Virus record (IMG/VR): IMGVR_UViG_2636415863_000002
Location: 1 to 64,000 of that record
Reading direction: 5' to 3' (one strand)
Length of the DNA stretch: 64,000 nt
Origin: a virus
Lineage: Duplodnaviria; Caudoviricetes
A program made the translations under genes and the position numbers. The first letter of the stretch is position 1; each line of letters begins with the position of its first letter. Below are positions 62,849-64,000 of this stretch, one piece after another. The notes beneath the pieces were generated by a model that was given only the letters and a program-made list of their open reading frames with translations, was not told the origin of the DNA and searched no databases.

Positions 62849-63525
62849 CGTCGAACGGACGCACCGCCCTCTACCGGCTCCGCGCGGCGGACCATCGGTT
62901 GCTGTACGTCGGCATTAGCACCAACCCCGACATGCGCTGGGGGCAGCACTCCATCACCAAGCCTTGGTGGAGCGCTGTCGAATATCGCGAACTGGAGTGG
63001 CACGAGAGTCGCGCCCTCGCTGAATCGGCAGAGCGGGCGGCGATCCGAAACGAACACCCAATCTGGAACGTCGTCCACGCAGTTTCCGATGCCGCATCCA
63101 GGACCGACATCCCCGCAAAGATCCTGAGGGCGATGCGTATGCGGGACAGAGCCGACTTGGCAGTGGTCGACGCTCACAATCAACTCGTTGAGAGCGTGGT
63201 CTCCGCGCTGCTGGTCGGGATGATTGGCCCGACTCGGGCAGCTCAGCTCGCAGGGTGGGAGCCGTGCACTGTGCGCAAGTATGCGCGACTCCACGCCGTC
63301 CCGCCGACGCCACCAGGTTTGAAGACCCCCACAAAATGGAGCAAGTCGAGGGGAATACCTGTCGACGAAGTCGTAGAGCGTCAGATGGAGGCGGAGGATG
63401 CGATCAAGGCCGCGGTTCGCCGACTGAAGACTTGCAGAGCCCGCTTGGCGAAGCGTAAGACCGAGGTGACGGACGCGATCAGGGAAGGACGTTCGCCTCG
63501 AAGCTCCGCACCCCCCGACGCCTGA
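62845..63525 (+). CDS. GIY-YIG nuclease-domain protein with C-terminal HTH/coiled coil
   Basis: ALYRL...LLYVGIS...RWGQH...AE..AI..EHPIWN. Confidence 0.8.
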   Translation: MTSNGRTALYRLRAADHRLLYVGISTNPDMRWGQHSITKPWWSAVEYRELEWHESRALAESAERAAIRNEHPIWNVVHAVSDAASRTDIPAKILRAMRMRDRADLAVVDAHNQLVESVVSALLVGMIGPTRAAQLAGWEPCTVRKYARLHAVPPTPPGLKTPTKWSKSRGIPVDEVVERQMEAEDAIKAAVRRLKTCRARLAKRKTEVTDAIREGRSPRSSAPPDA

Positions 63526-63538
63526 CCTGCCCCACCGG

Positions 63539-63566
63539 AGCCGCACCCTCCATGGGTGCGGCTTTC
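63539..63566 (+). terminator. Intrinsic terminator
   Basis: AGCCGCACCC-TCCAT-GGGTGCGGCT-TTC. Confidence 0.65.
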
Positions 63567-63718
63567 GTGTGCCAGCGGCCAGCGGGTTGCCTGTCAGCGC
63601 GTCCACCGGGCCGCGGTGGCGACCGGCGGCGCCTACCGGTACTCGATCCGTACCGGGGCGAGCATCGGGCCGAGCGCCATGTACGCGAACCAGACGGCCA
63701 GCAAGGCGCACAGGAGCC

Positions 63719-64000
63719 TCATCGCGCACCGCCGGCCGACGGGTCGGGCGGGGCCGACTCGCCGGGCGACGGGTGGCACTCGTCCAGTGCGCGTCGGAGG
63801 ATTTCCGCGGCGATGTGGAGGCCGGCTGCGATGCCGCTGTGGGCGATGGTTGCCTCGTCGCTGCGGGAGGCGGCGGTGTCGCGTTCGGCTTTGGCGTGTT
63901 CGGCTTCGATGCGTGCGAGGGCGACGTGGGCGGGGGCGACGTGATCCGGATCGCCTGTACGGCCGCCTGCCGCCCTCTCGGGTGCTTCGACGCCCTGGGC
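63719..64000 (-). CDS. 3' part of a hypothetical gene running off the window
   Basis: Frame open from 64000 to TGA at 63721-63719. Confidence 0.45.
   Translation of the reverse strand, partial: AQGVEAPERAAGGRTGDPDHVAPAHVALARIEAEHAKAERDTAASRSDEATIAHSGIAAGLHIAAEILRRALDECHPSPGESAPPDPSAGGAR

Larger units (their letters stand above)
1..64000. mobile_element. Siphovirus-type prophage / probable conjugative phage-plasmid, extending beyond both window edges
   Basis: Full head-tail-lysis gene set plus TraB-like translocase, Cre-like recombinase and Rep-like gene; no host core genes or att junction seen. Confidence 0.85.

Noticed and set aside
1-64000. tRNA, rRNA or IS elements
   Set aside because: No cloverleaf with T-loop consensus, rRNA-like sequence or transposase motif recognised by eye; a tRNA scan would be needed to exclude them fully

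Overview
The whole 64 kb window is one high-GC, Streptomyces-type mobile element with no recognisable host housekeeping genes and no visible element ends. It carries a complete siphovirus late region on the minus strand (~7.1-36.9 kb): late regulator, fibre-like genes, HNH, terminase, portal, scaffold, capsid, head-tail, tail, tape measure, minor tail, and a lysis cassette. It also carries plasmid/AICE functions: a TraB-type FtsK/SpoIIIE translocase with a candidate clt site, a Spd-like protein, a Pif-like NUDIX, an HTH replication-initiator-like gene with internal iterons, and a Cre-like recombinase with a 34-bp lox-like site. Together these suggest a conjugative phage-plasmid. Highlights: (1) a 62-aa half-size Prp-type cysteine protease between scaffold and capsid, both of which share the leader motif WF(R/N)L(D/A)RH; (2) the Cre/lox-like pair; (3) a triple-hairpin leader RNA with identical GUUGCA loops and a complementary hairpin upstream of the replication operon; (4) an NLTPH-motif, possibly ring-nuclease gene and a papain-like protease inside the lysis cassette; (5) a WXG100-like/REase-fold toxin-immunity pair; (6) a Panacea-type TA pair; (7) a WYL/RHH/GIY-YIG switch with five palindromic operators. 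All family assignments are by eye from motifs and synteny. No searches were run.
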